Shown here: piece after piece, positions 11,362 to 25,544 of the stretch
Numbering within the stretch: position 1 is the first letter of the stretch
Layout: each line of letters begins with the position of its first letter
Origin: Heterodontus francisci
Taxonomy: Eukaryota
NCBI RefSeq assembly: GCF_036365525.1
Contig: NC_090396.1
Location: 26,202,283 to 26,266,282, forward strand
DNA length: 64,000 nucleotides
Direction of reading: 5' to 3'
The notes under the pieces: model-generated
The model's input: the letters and a program-made list of their open reading frames with translations, nothing else
Told to the model about the DNA's origin: nothing
The model's database searches: none
Made by a program: the position numbers and the translations under genes

Positions 11362-13982
11362 GGTCGAACTTTGTCACAGCAGTAGCAATAGACTGGGAGG
11401 CGGGTCAGGCAGCACATTTCTGGTGGATAGCATCAGGACAGAAGCCTGACTTCGTTACGCTGCTAGGGATATTCCCAGAGGTGGCCTGGGTGGCAGGTGA
11501 AGGCCATGTTTTAAGGCAGCGAGCAGGCAATTAAGCCTGTAAAACTGGCAATTAACAGCAATTTTATGAGGGTGTTCACAATTTTGAGAGGAGCACATGA
11601 GAACAACAGAACTTCATGTCATGGGACCCATCATGAAATCAGGCCACGGCATGGGAAATGGGATACGGAACTCTCCATCACAATCTTGGCAGGAGCAATT
11701 GAATTGTTAATGGCCCAATTTTGCAGAAATGACTAAAGGATTCATTTTGTGGTGCAGCATTTCAGATTTCATTAATCACAATTAACCAACAAGGTTACAC
11801 TGCACTACATACTATCACCCAATGAAACTCCAGTACGGCCAGCTGGATTTTCTCGTGTGCTTGTGGGTGCTCGATGTGGTGCTCCCCCTCTGCTGTCAGC
11901 TGAGGTGGAGGCAGACTGCTGACCTTTCTGCTCTGCGGTTTTAGATGGCTGCGCCAGACGTCCTCTTGTTGCCTGAGGCCTAGAGGTCCGCTGCAAATGG
12001 GAGGATCTGTGCAGGAGCTGCCTCTGTCATCCTGGCTTCATGAGGCATGGGTGTCACGGTCAGAGGGGCTGAGGACCTGCCACCCACGCCAGGGGTGCCT
12101 TGAGAGGAGCCCCCAACTGCTCCAGGCAGCCACTCCTCTACTCTTTCAGGGCACACTTGTCCCTCCCTGCTGACCTGAGGAATGAGCAGCTGGCGAGGAT
12201 TCCAGGCATCTCGTGCACCTCTCGCCCAGCCATTGCTCCACAGAGCTCATGGAGGAGGCGATGACATGCAGCTCAGCACACATCTCTGACATCCACTGGA
12301 TGGCATGTTGGATGTGGGTCTCCATGAAGATCGCCACTCTCTCAATGGAGGAGGCCAAGCACACATACACCAGAGACACGTCTGCACTCATGGATTGACT
12401 CCTCCATCATTCAACAATGGGCATGCATAACCTCTGCAAGCTCTGCTGGATGTTCACACACCTCACACTGCAGCTCCAGCATTTGCCGCCTTGTTGACTG
12501 CAGAGGCATGTCATCAGCCTGAAGCCCAGCATCACCATGCCCTCCCACTCTCCCGAGCATGAGTGGCCGCAACTGTCACTGCCTTTGTCAGCTGCTTGGA
12601 CACATCTGTGCTATGCTCACCAGGTTGTGACCCCATTCCTTCACACACGTGACTGCTCACCAATGTGAGGGTATCTGCGCTGGTGGAGGGTGCAGAGGAA
12701 TGATGCGATGTTATATCCTCTGAGGACTGCTCCTGCTCAGAGTTGGAAAACTGTCCTACAGGCTCGGCAGCTGCCTCTTCTTCTACTTAAGCTGCGAGAC
12801 AGAGAAGAGTGATGAGAGGACACTGAGTGTTCCAACATGTCCTTCTGATTACTCATCTTCTGGAGCTCCATGTGACCGGTGATGGCCACATGAGCACTTT
12901 GCCTATTGCTCACCAGAGGGTGTGTTTCCCTCATCCATTAGGGGCACTCACTGTCTGGTGGCTCCACACCCACCTCACTATCAGCGACAGGCTGCCCTGC
13001 CTCCAGGCCTCCTAGCTCCATGGCCCCCTCTTCCATTGGCATTAGGACTGTGAGATACACCATGTGTCCTCTAGTTCTTCCTCTCTCACGTGCATTATTA
13101 GCTTTCTTCTCTTTAAGCACATAAATTAACATTGTCACTTGTCCATTATAGACCACTCCTATTTGGTGACAGCCTCATTGTCCATCATGTGACCATTCAG
13201 TACTGGCAGTGAAAGGGTCAGCTATAACCGATCAGTGTCCTCCACAGAGAGGATAACATGCATCTGACAGCCAATGCTGCTGCCTGGGCATTGCTGTTGA
13301 CTGGATGGGTATCCCCTTCTCTAATTTCACATTCATCTTTTGGGACATTTAATACCGTAAGCTTAATGTTATGTGCTGCACTCACCTTGCCAGACAGCAT
13401 CAGGTCATTGATCCTCTTCCTGCATGGCAGCCATGTTCATGGGCCCACTCCACAGTTGCTCAACTCCTCCACGACCTCCAGCCATGCCCTCTTCGTCCGC
13501 CTAGCCGGCCTCCTCCTGCCATCCCGCTAGTAAAGGACTTCACTCAGTGCCCTTCCCACCTGGAGGAGCACCTCAGAGAAGTCCTCAGAGAATTTGCAAA
13601 ATAAACGTTGCTCGAGTGTTGATGAATACTTGACAAAGTGTCCCAGAAAGTGTCTAAATGTGTTTCAAAAGTCCTCTTCAAATCTCCAGCGCCAAATGAA
13701 CAGTACAAGGTGATATTGCTTTAAGTAGCGCTCGAGCTAGTTGTTGTTAGGAGAGGGCGTAAGGTCAAACGCTAGCCACCAAAATGCCAAGCAGCCTCCT
13801 TAATGAGCGCTAGCAAGCAATTCAAGTGACAATCAGCCCCTTAATAATCCTCCATGCAACCGTTCCTTTTGTGCACTTTAAGGTGGTGTCGTACACAAAA
13901 CACGGCAAAACCGGGTTTTCAGTTTAAGACCCCACCTCGGAGGCTCTTTAGTGCCAACAGTATCCAGAGAAAATTGCCTCCC
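11362..13982 (-). mobile_element. Decayed Harbinger derivative carrying a Myb/SANT gene but no transposase
   Basis: GC-rich block containing a Myb/SANT pseudogene. Termini are only weakly TIR-like, so boundaries are approximate. Confidence 0.55.
12146..13560 (-). pseudogene. Harbinger Myb/SANT-like (trihelix) protein pseudogene, multi-exon
   Basis: Exon 1 reads ...KRAWLEVVEEL..*TWLPCRKRINDLMLSGK|GTGAGT, with the donor at 13385. Exon 2 (about 13111-12951) reads EKKANNARERGRT..LMPMEE and ends at GTGAGT. In-frame stops are present. Confidence 0.7.
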
Positions 13983-14514
13983 AGCTACTTTACAAAAACG
14001 TAACAAAAATGCCACACCACAGGCTGCAATATATTCATGTGTCATAACACCAAATATTAGCATGTTTCTCATGAATGCCCTTTATTACACAGGACTTAGA
14101 CTCAGTGGTCAATTTATTTTCAACAAATAAGGAAACAGTCAAACCTATTATGCAAAATAAGAGAAATGCCCTGCTCTGCTCTACTGTCCTTTCTAGTATT
14201 GAAGATACACAGTATTTATGAGCAATTATGAGGGGAGTATGAATCATAGACATACACATTCATCTACAATTACACTCACTATTGCAAAAAATAACAGCTC
14301 TGAAGCTCAGTGAGCCTACATTACCTTGTAAGTTATTACAGGAACACTGTCAATATGACAGGCACAAAGACAGTCAGGCACTTAATATTTTAGTTCCCAA
14401 CACAATTATGTTAAAGAGAAAGCTGAGGGTACTCTTTTCAGAAGAGATGGACTCTGCGTATGCATTTGCAGATTTGAATTCTCTTCACTGAGTTGAATTT
14501 TTTGGACAGTTCTT

Positions 14515-15840
14515 TTATCACAGAATTATTACAGCACAGAAGGAGGCCATTCGGCCCATCGTGTCTGCACTAGCTCTCCGAATGAACAATTCACCAAGTG
14601 CTATTCCTCCACCTTCTCCCTGTAATGCTGCACGTTCTTTCTTTTTAGATAATAATCTAATTCCCTTTTGGATGCTTCAATTGAACCTGCCTGCACCACA
14701 CTCTCAGGCAGCGCATTCCAGACTTTAAAATCTCGCTGCGTGAAAAAGTTTTTCCTCATATTGCTTTTGCTTCTTTTGCAATTACTTTAAATCTGTGCCC
14801 TCTCATTCTCAATCTATTCACGGAGTGAACGGTTTCTCCCTATCCACTCTGTCCAGACCCCTCATGATCTTGAATACCTCTGTAAAATCCCCTCTCAGCC
14901 TTCCCTTCTCTAAGGAAAACAGTCTCAACTTCTTCAATCCAGCTTCAAAACTGAATTTCCTCTTCCATGTGTTACGAACAGGTGAGAAAGAGGTCTAGGG
15001 TTCCCTTTCAGCCTTTACCTGGTCTTGCTGTAACAGGGTTTTTTTTAACACACTGTGTTTTTAGCTCCCCCTTGGAGAATCCTTGTTCACTGCTTTTCAA
15101 TTATAAGGCAAAGAAACAAGCACCAACAGGCTTTCTTAGTTTTAAAGAAGAAAGATGAAATTGTATTAAGCTTAAACTTAAACTCTAGTCGGTTGATGCC
15201 TACGGACACACAACGCACCCACTCTAGCATGCATATGTGATTCACACATGCAAATAGAGACAGAAAAGAGCAGAGGAAAAATTAAAGTGGGAAGGTTTGA
15301 AGCATATCTGAAGAGTTGTTGTTACGGTTTTCATGAGAAAGAGATGGGAGCAGACAAAACAGGAGAGGAGGTCTGCTTCTGTCCCGGAGCATTCTGATTT
15401 CTGCCAATTTAAACACTGTCTCTACAATTTAAAACTCCCCAAGTTGGCCAACAGGATAGTCACGTGACTGGTATAACCACTTCTGTCTTTGTGTATTGTG
15501 TGTGTCAGGGAATGGTTCTTTGTCTACAGACACTGTTTGTAAATGTGCAAAAATATATTTCCAGCCAGGAGCCTGGCAATCCCTTGCAACAAGCCTTTTC
15601 TTCTTCCCAGCAACAATTTGAAATCGAATGTCCATGTGGCGAAATTAATGTGTCTCATTCTTGGTAGGTAAGGGCCTGCATGACACATGGAACCATTTTC
15701 TGCACCATCTCCAATGCTTTCACATCTTTCCTAAAGTGCGATGCCCAGAACTGGGCACAATACTCCAGCTGAGGTTGAACTAGTGTCTTATGCAAGTTCA
15801 ACATAACCTCCTTCCTCCTGTACTCCATTCCCCTATTAAT
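14515..15840 (-). mobile_element. CR1 3' fragment split by a solo LTR
   Basis: CR1 tail at 14515. ORF 15655-15858 reads KTLVQPQLEYCAQFW. The sequence is continuous across the LTR. Confidence 0.8.
14970..15685 (-). mobile_element. Solo LTR (family L1, copy 1)
   Basis: Termini TGTTACG...CATGACA and TSD CATG. Homologous to the copies at 18523, 23860 and 50164. Confidence 0.85.
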
Positions 15841-15844
15841 TTTT

Positions 15845-16460
15845 TTAAATTCATTCACGGGATGTGGGCATCACTGGCTATGCCAGCATTTATTGCCCAT
15901 CCCTAATTGCCCTTGAGAAGATGGTGGTGAGCTGCCTTTTTGAATCACTGCAGTCCATGTGAGGTAGGTACACCCACAGTGCTGTTAGGAAGGGAGTTCC
16001 AGGATTTTGACCCAGTGACAGTGAAGGAACGGTGGTATAGTTCCAAGTCAGGTTGGTGTGTGACTTGGACGGGAACTTGCAAGTGGTGATGTTCCCATGC
16101 ATCTGCTGCTCTTGTCCTTCAAGGTGGTAGAGGTCGCGGGTTTGGAAGGTGCTGTCGAAGGAGCCTTGGTGTGTTGCTGCAGTGCATCTTGTAGATGGTA
16201 CACACTGCTGCCACTGTGCGTTGGTGGTGGAGGGAGTGGATGTTTGTAGATGGTGTGCCAATCAAGTGGGCTGCTTTGTCCTGGATAGTGTCGAACTTCT
16301 TGAGTGTCGTTGGAGCTGCACCCATCCAGGCAAGTGGAGAGTATTCCATCATTCTCCTGACTTGTGCCTTGTAGATGGTGGACAGGCTTTGGGGAGTCAG
16401 GAGGTGAGTTACTTGCCACAGGATTCCCAATCTCTGACCTGCTCTTGTAGCCACAGCATT
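15845..16460 (-). mobile_element. CR1-group LINE family 2, 3' end
   Basis: Peptide TIYKAQVR..MEYSPLAW..DTIQDKAA. Homologous to 29382-29790. Confidence 0.8.
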
Positions 16461-16682
16461 TATGTGTCTGGTTTATCGTAATAGTGTTTAAGATTTCGTT
16501 TTTTTTAATAAATAGTTAATTTGTTATTGTCTAAAGATAACTGGCTTGGTTTGTTTTATTCTGGGGGTTATTTCAGGGTTTAATTTGGCTGTTTTCCAGT
16601 TGGCTGGAAAAATTTTAATAATATGCTGTGACCTGTGGAGTGATGGGACTGAACTGACAGAAGGTTGCTCCTGCCTTAGTCC

Positions 16683-16897
16683 ATGTATACCACATCAATA
16701 GCATTGCCCTTGTCTACCCTCTCTGTTACCTCTTCAAAAAGCTCCAGAAAGTTAGTTAAACATGATTTTCCCTTGACAAATCCATGCTGGCTTTCCTTAA
16801 TTAACCCTCATTTGTCCATGTGCCTATTCATTTTGTCCCAAGTTATTGTTTCTAGAAGTTTCCCCACCATGAAAGTTAAACTGACTGGCCTGTAGTT
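16683..16897 (-). mobile_element. CR1 RT internal fragment
   Basis: Antisense of the YRPVS..QHGFVKGKSCLTNFLE region. Confidence 0.7.
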
Positions 16898-18522
16898 TCC
16901 AGAGCTTCTGAGAAAGCAAAGGAGGAATTGGGAGCAGTGGGTAAGCCAAAAGTAAGGTCAAAGTGATGGGTTTTTAGGAGTGTTTTGAGTCAAGGGAAGT
17001 AGAAAGCATTTGGGAGAAAATTCCAGAAGTGCTGAGGCATATTGACAGAATGATTGGTCTGCAGTGATGGAGTGAAGGGAGCAGAAAATGGGAAGTAATC
17101 CAGAGTGAAAAGAGCCAAGGGTTTAGACAGGAACACATGAATGAATGGAGGAGATCATTCAGATAGGGCAAAGGCAGCCTGTTAAAATTTGAAGATTAGG
17201 ACCAAGATCTTCAATTCAGTGAGGTTCAGGAAGCTAATGGAGTCAGCGATGGATGAATGGGATTTGGAACAGGAAAGGATGAAAACGATAGATGTTCTCG
17301 CTTAGCTAAAGTTTGCAAATGATGAAACAATTCCTGTTTTGTATGTAGTTTGTTTTAAACTGGAAATCCTCGGTGAAGGGCTAAGTCATATAGTGCAGGG
17401 CATCACCAATGTTGAAAAGAGTAGGCGAGAAGTTGAGCAGTAGTATTTAAGTGATACCAATCTTGGTTTAAAAGATTGTAGGAAATGGTGGAGATGGAGT
17501 TCAATGATTTTGAGATCCAGTGAATGATTGAATTAGAATAGGAGGCAATGTGATCAGTCTTGGTTCCATCATGGGAAAGATGCATGGAAAAGATTTCGAG
17601 ATTGGGGGGTGAAATTTGTGCTGTTTTCACATCTCCTAATGCGAATTGGCATAAAATCTGAAACTTAACGGTTTATTTTTCAATTCTGTGATCCCAGTGG
17701 GAGCCTTTTTTCCCCAAAGAGTCTTGGGAACATAGGAACAGGGGTAGGCTATTAAGCCCCTTGAACCTGTCCGTAACCCTTAATATTTTGCTTCACAATA
17801 TCTTGGAGAATTGCTGCCAAACTCTTCAGTTCTGTAGTATTTATAAATGTATCATCCGTAGCTTCTTCTGTCTTGTTCTTACAAAACATTTTCAACAAAC
17901 CTCCAAAATCTAACCAAATTGATCCGATTAACCAGCCTTCTGTTTGATGAATTTTCAGACAAGTCCAATGAAAAAGAACATTACCCTTCCAAAATATTCT
18001 TGAGTGTACAGTACAAATTACCATTTTTACTTTTGCTGTCTTGGGTGGACTTTTGTTACACAATTTGCTGAATTCTTATATGACCCATTGGGGCCGATGG
18101 TATGGATGTGCATTACTTACCAGGAGCTTCATCCACCAGCTTCATGTAAAAGGAAATCATGATTTCCTCATCATTTTCAATCAACTGATGGCGAGGCTTT
18201 CCTCTGGTTTGGTGCACATTTGTAACACCATCCCTATAGGCCTAGATTGTTACTCGGAAAAGAACAATCATGGCATACTTTTTGCCTTATCAACTAAGAG
18301 AGTGTCACATCCAATTTTAGTGACCCTGGCTTGATGACAACTGGCAATCTGCAGCTAGCTGTTTTAAAATATTTTTTTAAAGCGATAGCTTTTTTTGGTT
18401 TTGATGCACACCAACTAAATGGATTTAAAATGTGCTCATTTCAGTCCTTTGGGCTTTGGAGCCTAATACTTAAAGAATTTTTAAGAACAGAGAATAGCCC
18501 AGAGACCTGCTGCTTTTCCATT

Positions 18523-19348
18523 TGTCATGCAGGCCCCACACCTGCCAAGAATGAGGCACATATATTTCGCCACATGGACATTTAATTTTAAAAATTGTTG
18601 CTGGAAAGAAAAGAAGGCCTATTACAAGGGGTTTACAAAACCCTGACTGGAAGGACATTTTTTGCATACTAGCAGACAGTGTTGGAACAAAGGAACCTGT
18701 CCCTGCTTCCCCAATACACAGAAGACATGGTCCGATCAGTTTAGTCACATGACTGACTGACTGACTTGCAGGAATTTGAACTTGCCACAGGGTTTTGAAC
18801 TGAGACAGAAAGCTGTTTGCTCCTGGATTGTCTGCTCACATCTCGTTCTCACCAGCTTTGGAATCCATTGAAGACATATGAACCCCGAGAGAGAAAAGTC
18901 TCCTATAGTGGACAAGGTTTAAGAAGAATACTGGGACCCAACAAAAAGAAAGATCTACCTACAAGCAAGGACTACAGTGAGTTCAAAGCACAGTAACAAA
19001 AATCCCTCTTCAGAGATTACCTCAAACCTCTCCACTATTTTTCTTCTGCTCTTTTCTGTCTCTATTTGCATGTGCTTAACAGGTATGCATGCTAGCATTG
19101 GGCATGGCGTGTACCCCCGTAGGTGTTAACCAAATTAGAGTTTAAGTTTTAATAAATTTCACTTTTCTTCTTTAAAGCTGAGAAAGCCTGTTTGTGCTCA
19201 TTTCTTTGGCTTATAATTGGAAAGCGGTGAACAAGGATTCACCAAGGGGAATTTCAAAACACGGTGAGCTTAAAAAAAATCCTGTTACAATAAGACCAGG
19301 TATTGGCTGAGGGGGAGCCTGAGACAACTTTCTCACCTAGTCATAACA
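18523..19348 (+). mobile_element. Solo LTR (family L1, copy 2)
   Basis: Termini TGTCATG...CATAACA, AATAAA at 19151, and imperfect TSD CATT/AATT. Confidence 0.85.
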
Positions 19349-20639
19349 AATTATACTGACAAAATTTACCTAGCTTCTCACTACATCCCACAACTTGCTG
19401 AAATGAAACTGAAACCCACTTGTACTACCCAATTCAAAGACCTTCTGCTGTAATTTATTTCATAAGTCTATTACCCTTTGTATGCAAAAAGGCTGTGCTC
19501 AATTTCTTTTCGAACTCTTAATTTGCTAATTTTTAATTTGTGTTCCCTGTTATATAGACCCATCACCATAGCAAACAATTTGCTTGGATCAGCTTCATCA
19601 GTTCCCTTCATACTCTCGAAAACGTCAGTAATTTGATTTTAAACTCTCCTTTCCAAAAAAAAGAAACACAACCTCATTGGTATTCCTCGTGAGTTCTTGA
19701 AACCCAGGACAATTTTCATTTCCCACCTTTGCCCCCTCCCAAGGGCAACAATATATTTGCTAAAGTGACCAGGATTGTAGTCTAGATAGGTTCTGGCTCA
19801 TATAATTTCTTTCGGATTTGTATTCAATCCATGTGCTGATACAATGCAGTAACTACATTTGTGTTTGCAGAAGCATTAAATTTTCTCACTACTGTGCTGC
19901 TATTTTGTCTCTGACTGGTACTAACAAAATCTTTTCTTCATACTCCCACTGCTGTCACTCATTCCAGGTGCCTAATACATGCTCGCCACAACAGAACCTG
20001 TGTATTTGTGTATTAAAATCACTTTCTATAACTTTACCCTGCTTGTTTCCAAACTAAGAAACATATTGTTATTCTCCAGTCTGTCATTGCTGCTGGTTGG
20101 CACTATTAATAAAGAGGAGGCTAATGAAAGATTTCTCACCTTGGAGGATGCAGACTCGGCTTTCTCCAGTGTTTAAACATTCTTGCAAGATTAGTTCTGC
20201 TCACACAGTTGGTGTGATTGCTGTAGAGGAAAGTACCATCTTCATTGGAACATTTACATAAATATGATTTTAACTGGAAATGTACTGTATTGAGTGTTTT
20301 GCACAAAAATTAGACGAAGACTGAACTCAAGTGGTTGAGTTTAAGACAGCTCCTTACCATTTAAAAAAAAAATCCATCTTTTCCCCACTCCATTCTTGAA
20401 AGCATTGAATCGAGTTGTGAACCCACTTGGTGCCTTCATAAGATCATTAATTCCTGGTACAGAGCAGGATGAAACCTGAGGTCATCATGACCTGTGTGGC
20501 TCTGCATTATGCCAGGAGAGCTAGACAAACCACTAAAATTAACCCTTCCTCATGTAAAATAATCTGAAATTCCTGAATTCCTGTCAGTCATACTCTGGGC
20601 TGTGCATTAATAAACTGAGCCACCACCAGCTCTTGACAA

Positions 20640-21290
20640 ACACTTTTTATTGGATAACTTGTCAACCTCCCTTGGCATTGTGCATGGGCAGTCAGTGACA
20701 ATTCTAATTTTTCTTTGACTAAACAGGGTTTCATGGTGCGGAAAGGGAGGGAGGGGTAGAGGAGAGAACAGGGAGCAGAGAAGACAAGGGGAATGGGGAG
20801 CAAAGGGAAGGGTGAGGGTAGGTGAGGAATCAAGTGTTGAGGAAGGGGAATTCAGATCAACAGGTATCGGGGGAAATTGATGCATGGAGGAACAAACTGT
20901 CAAAGAGGGTGGATTACAGCAGTGAGAGAATTGTGCTGTGGATGAGAAATTCAATTGGGGAAATTAGTGTAAAGGGGGAAATGAAGTGGGCTAGGCTAGC
21001 ATGTGAAGGGCAATTGCAGCTAGTGAGGGAGGGGGAACATGGTGCAAGGAGAAATGAATTGGCAGTAAGCAGATGGGTTCAGATGAAAAATGCATTCACC
21101 AGAGGGGGAAGAAGGGTGTTGAGGAGAAGGTTTGAAACTTTGCTCATGAAAGGAAGAATGCCAAAATCCAAAATCTTACTCTGAGATGGTCGAGGGTTAA
21201 GGATGGAAAAAATCCTCATTGCCGGGGATGGTTCAAAGCTGCAGCGCAGGACTTTAGGTGCCAAAACTTGTGCATGGGATGTGATTCTTA
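20640..21290 (-). mobile_element. Old L2-like LINE fragment
   Basis: Purine-rich + strand typical of an antisense LINE endonuclease/linker region. Highly degenerate. Confidence 0.35.
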
Positions 21291-22156
21291 TCTAAGAATG
21301 GTAGGTTGCTGTTCTTGTGTTTTGATTTGCTGAGAATCATGCTGGATTCATCTCCAGTGTAATGAATTAGTGATATAATTTTATGCTTAAAATGTCACCT
21401 TCAGGTGAAATACCATCTGGGTTTTGAAAGCACTCAGCACTTTGCATTTTTTTTACAGGTGATGTGTTGTGCTTACTAGTTTCAGCTATACTAACCTCGT
21501 ACAATATGTGCACAAGCATATTTTTAACTACAATATTAATCATTGCTTTGTGCTAAGGCTCAAGCAGACTTGAAACACCTGACCTGAGGTCATCTTAATT
21601 GTCCTCTTATTTTATCTGGTGACGCATTTAAGCTAAGCTGATGATCAATTCCCAACAGTTTTTAAGAAAGACCAGTCAGTCTAATCTGTTTATAACAGAA
21701 GATCGGTGTGCAAAATTAAGCTGCTATGTTTTGATGAGTCACGGAGTGAACTGTGGGGAATTGTTTGCCAGATACATTCCTAAGAGCCAGTGTTATGATT
21801 GGCCTGAGTTTGTTTCAACTTCTATTGAATGTTAATAGTCCTTCACACCCTCAAAAATGGATGTATTTCTTGCCAGGTTAAATCTATAGTTCATATATCT
21901 GAACGTCATGGGAGAATCCTCATTTGAAATAGCTGTCATAGTTGTTTAAGAACAGCTAACCCAAGTCAGTTCAGAGCCTATTTTCATCCAACACACGAGA
22001 GGTAATTGCAGACATTGGATGGACTTTTGCAGAATTCTTTCAAAAAGGTATATTATGTTCCCTTATACTTTCCCTCTATCTCTATTCCAGTCTCCCAGCA
22101 GCTTTTTTCTTTCATCCAGAAGAGGAGGATAAACTGGGCCAAAGACTGAATGAGTA

Positions 22157-22650
22157 TCATGGAATCACACAGTGCAAAAGAAGGCCATCCAGTCCATCAT
22201 GCCTATCCAGGCACTGTGAAAGTGTTATCGAATTAGTCCCACTCCACTGCTCTTTCAATGTACCCCTACAAATTTTTGCTTTTCAAGTATTTATCCAATT
22301 CCTTTTTCAAAGTTCGTACTGTGTCTGCACTCATCACCCTTTCAGGCAGTGCATTCCAAATCATAACAACTCGCTGCATAAAATAAAATTCTCTTCATCT
22401 CCCCTCTGGTTCTTTTGCCAATTATCCTAACTCTGTGTTGTTTATTTAACAATCCTCCCTGCCAGTGGAAACAGTTTCTCCCTATCTACTCTGCCAAAAC
22501 CTCTCATAATTTTGAACAACTCTACTATTTTTACCATTAATCCTCTCTGCTCTAGGGTGAACAATCCCAGTCTCTATAGTCTCTTCACATAACTGAAGGA
22601 CCTTAACCCTGGTTTCATTCGAGTAAATCTCCTATGCACCCTCTCCAAGG
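22157..22650 (-). mobile_element. CR1 3' fragment
   Basis: Reversed CR1 tail and ORF2 C-terminus, homologous to 14515-14969. Confidence 0.75.
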
Positions 22651-23859
22651 TTATTGTCACTGCCACGCTATAATAAGTCAATAGGAGGCAACGTCTAGAA
22701 CATATAATTATACTGTTGCTGTGCCCTTAGTTAGATAATGACAATGAAAGTAAGTGGACATAGCAGAGAGCAACAAAACCACAAAAGGCGAGCTGGTCAC
22801 CTGTTGGTGGCATTCATTGAGATGACAGCATTATCTACATTTTCTTTCTATCGCTAACTGGGTAAAGGCCTGTGACTTTAGGTGTGCTTTGTATTCATTA
22901 TGAAGTTCAGCTGACAACAAACCGGAAAGCATTTGCAAGTTTTGAAAATGTTATTTAATGATCAGCCACTTCAATTAGACTCCAGGTCAGAGGTAATACT
23001 CAGTGAACTTCTTGCACTTAAGTGTGGAAACAATGTTACATCAATATTGACATAGAACTGATATTGAAGCAATCAAGAGAGTTAGCATTAAATGAATGGC
23101 TTTGATTACATGTTTACATTTCTAGTAATAATCAGGTATCTTTCTCTAGTGCAATCAGCAAGTGAAGTAGCTATGTATAACAGGCTTTATTTGGAACTCA
23201 TGACCTTTTGCTCACTCTGCTTGCAGACATGGTCTTGCCTCCAAAACTATTATGTATTCTATAATACATTGGTATTTACAATATCCATGAATAAAATTAT
23301 GGATAATTGGCCTTTTTTGTGTTTTATACTGCTCAAAGAATTCCTTGAAAAGCAAACAGATGTGGAGATGTGCTTGTGCTTTTTGTTTGGATGTGTATAG
23401 ATTTGTCAGGTAACATCATTAGTCACCTCAGGAGTTTCCTTGTGTTGGTTGTCTGGTAAGGATTTAGTTAACTGTTTGGGTTTATGGAGTCATGTAGCTG
23501 CTGTGTCAGCCTCAGTCCAATTAAAGTAAAAGGTTCATTAAAATTCCTTACATTTTAAAAATAAGACAGTGCATTTGAATGGGCTAATATAGTGGATGAT
23601 TAAATTCAAATAACAAAACATTACAATAATGCCTTTTATTAAAAGACGGACCCTGCATTAGAAATGGCCTCAATTAATTTAAAATAAAGAGGGGTGAAAT
23701 TGGACTATGCCAGCAGTGTGAAACGGCTTTGTAATGAATTGGCAGCTGATCTCTCACCGTGCCCGATCTTCTTTCCACTGAAGTTCATGAAATGATAGTT
23801 CAAGCTCATTTTGGAGGCTCATTTCCGAGTCTTACTCTCACTTTTACTTTGCTTGAAAT

Positions 23860-24695
23860 TGTCATGCAGGCCCCCACCTGCCAAGAATGAGGCATATTAA
23901 TTTCACCACATGGAGATTAAATTTCAAATTGTTCCTGGGAAGAAGACCAGGCCTGATACAATGGGTTGCCAAGCCCCCTGGCTAGAAGGACATTTTTGCA
24001 TATTACTAGCAGACAGTATTGGAACAAAGGAGCTATCCCCTGACCCACCCAATACACAGAACCGACCTGGTCGGACCAGTTTAGTCACATGACTAACTGG
24101 CTATTGCAGAGTTTTGAACTGAGAGTTTTAAATTGGAGAAACAGTGTTTGAGGACAAAAGGCAGTTTTGCTCCTGGACTGAGAACATCTCTCTCCTGTCT
24201 GCTCCCATCTCTTTCTCACGGAACTGAAACCCACTGAAGATACATGAACCCCTAGATAGAAAAGTCTTCTACAGTGAACAAGGTTTAAGAACAATACTGG
24301 GCCCCAACGAAAAGCAAAATCAACCTACAAAAGGACTCAACAGCGAGCTCGAAGAACTGTAACAAACTCTTCAGATATTGCCTCAAATCTTTCCACTTTA
24401 TCTTCTGCTCTTTTCTGTCTCTATTTGCTTGTGCTCATCACGTATGCATGCTAGCATGGTGCGCGGTGTGTATCCGTAGGCGTTGACCAAATTAGAGTTT
24501 GTAATTTAAGCTTAATAAAACCTAAGAAAGCCTGTTTGTGCTCATTTCTTTGCACTATAATTGGAAAGCGGTGAACAAGGATTCACCAAGGGGGAGCTCA
24601 AAACACGGTGTGATTAAAATCAAACCCTGTTACAGAAAGACCAAGTGAAGGCTGAGAGGGACCCCTCTGGACACCTTTCTCACCTGGTCGTAAGA
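23860..24695 (+). mobile_element. Solo LTR (family L1, copy 3)
   Basis: Termini TGTCATG...CGTAAGA and 5-bp TSD GAAAT. Confidence 0.85.
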
Positions 24696-25544
24696 GAAAT
24701 GAAAAAAAATCTTGGTAATATTTTCCAAGTCAATGGAAAATAAAAACTGCTGTGTTGTCTAACAGGCTGCCCATTCAGTATGGGCCTGTTTTGCACAGCT
24801 GGTATAGACCACCTCTAGAGTACTCCTCTAACACCTGACTCACTTCTTGAATTTCTTTTAATCTGTATACTATCAATATCTTTCTCAGTTTCTTGAAAGT
24901 AGCCATTAGTTAACTCCTTTGGAACAACTGTTAGTATTACGATTTCCTAGCAATTGAGCTGCTGAAAAGCTGAAAGCATGCCCCTCATAAGTTGATTTTT
25001 ATTGACAGTTTCTTTCCAGAAAAGTGCAAGATGATCATTAATGCATCAATAAGTCCTTTCATCACTGTCAGTTCTTTTAATGAAGAGTCTTCATGTACTG
25101 ACATTTTAGTTTTCCTGATATTCTATTTTAGATTTACTTGTATTTTGCTTGTATAACATCACTCACGGCTTCTCAAACATAGTTCATTGTAAGTGAACCA
25201 TTTTGGTATGTTACTGAGAATTGAAATAAGATATTATACAAAATGTGCTTCTTCCTTTTTATTGTAGCCAACAGCAGACAGTGCAATGGAATGAAAATCT
25301 GCCATATCTCACCCAGGTGATGAAGCCAAAAAATGTACCCCATCACATTGTAATTTGCAGGAGGCAGTAACATCTTTAATACCAGCTTTCACTTGCCTAC
25401 TTGACCTTGGAGCATGGGGTCAGGTCAATCTGGCACCACTATCAGTTCAGCCTGACTGTAGTCAATAAGTCTACTTATCATCATTTATCATTTCAATTGG
25501 TCTGGAAGATCTGATGCAGAGTTCATCTTTGACCATGTTTGAAA

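Noticed and set aside
17752-18334. 103-aa and 97-aa ORFs as host exons
   Set aside because: No recognisable domain and no convincing acceptor/donor pair. They may be ancient TE debris.
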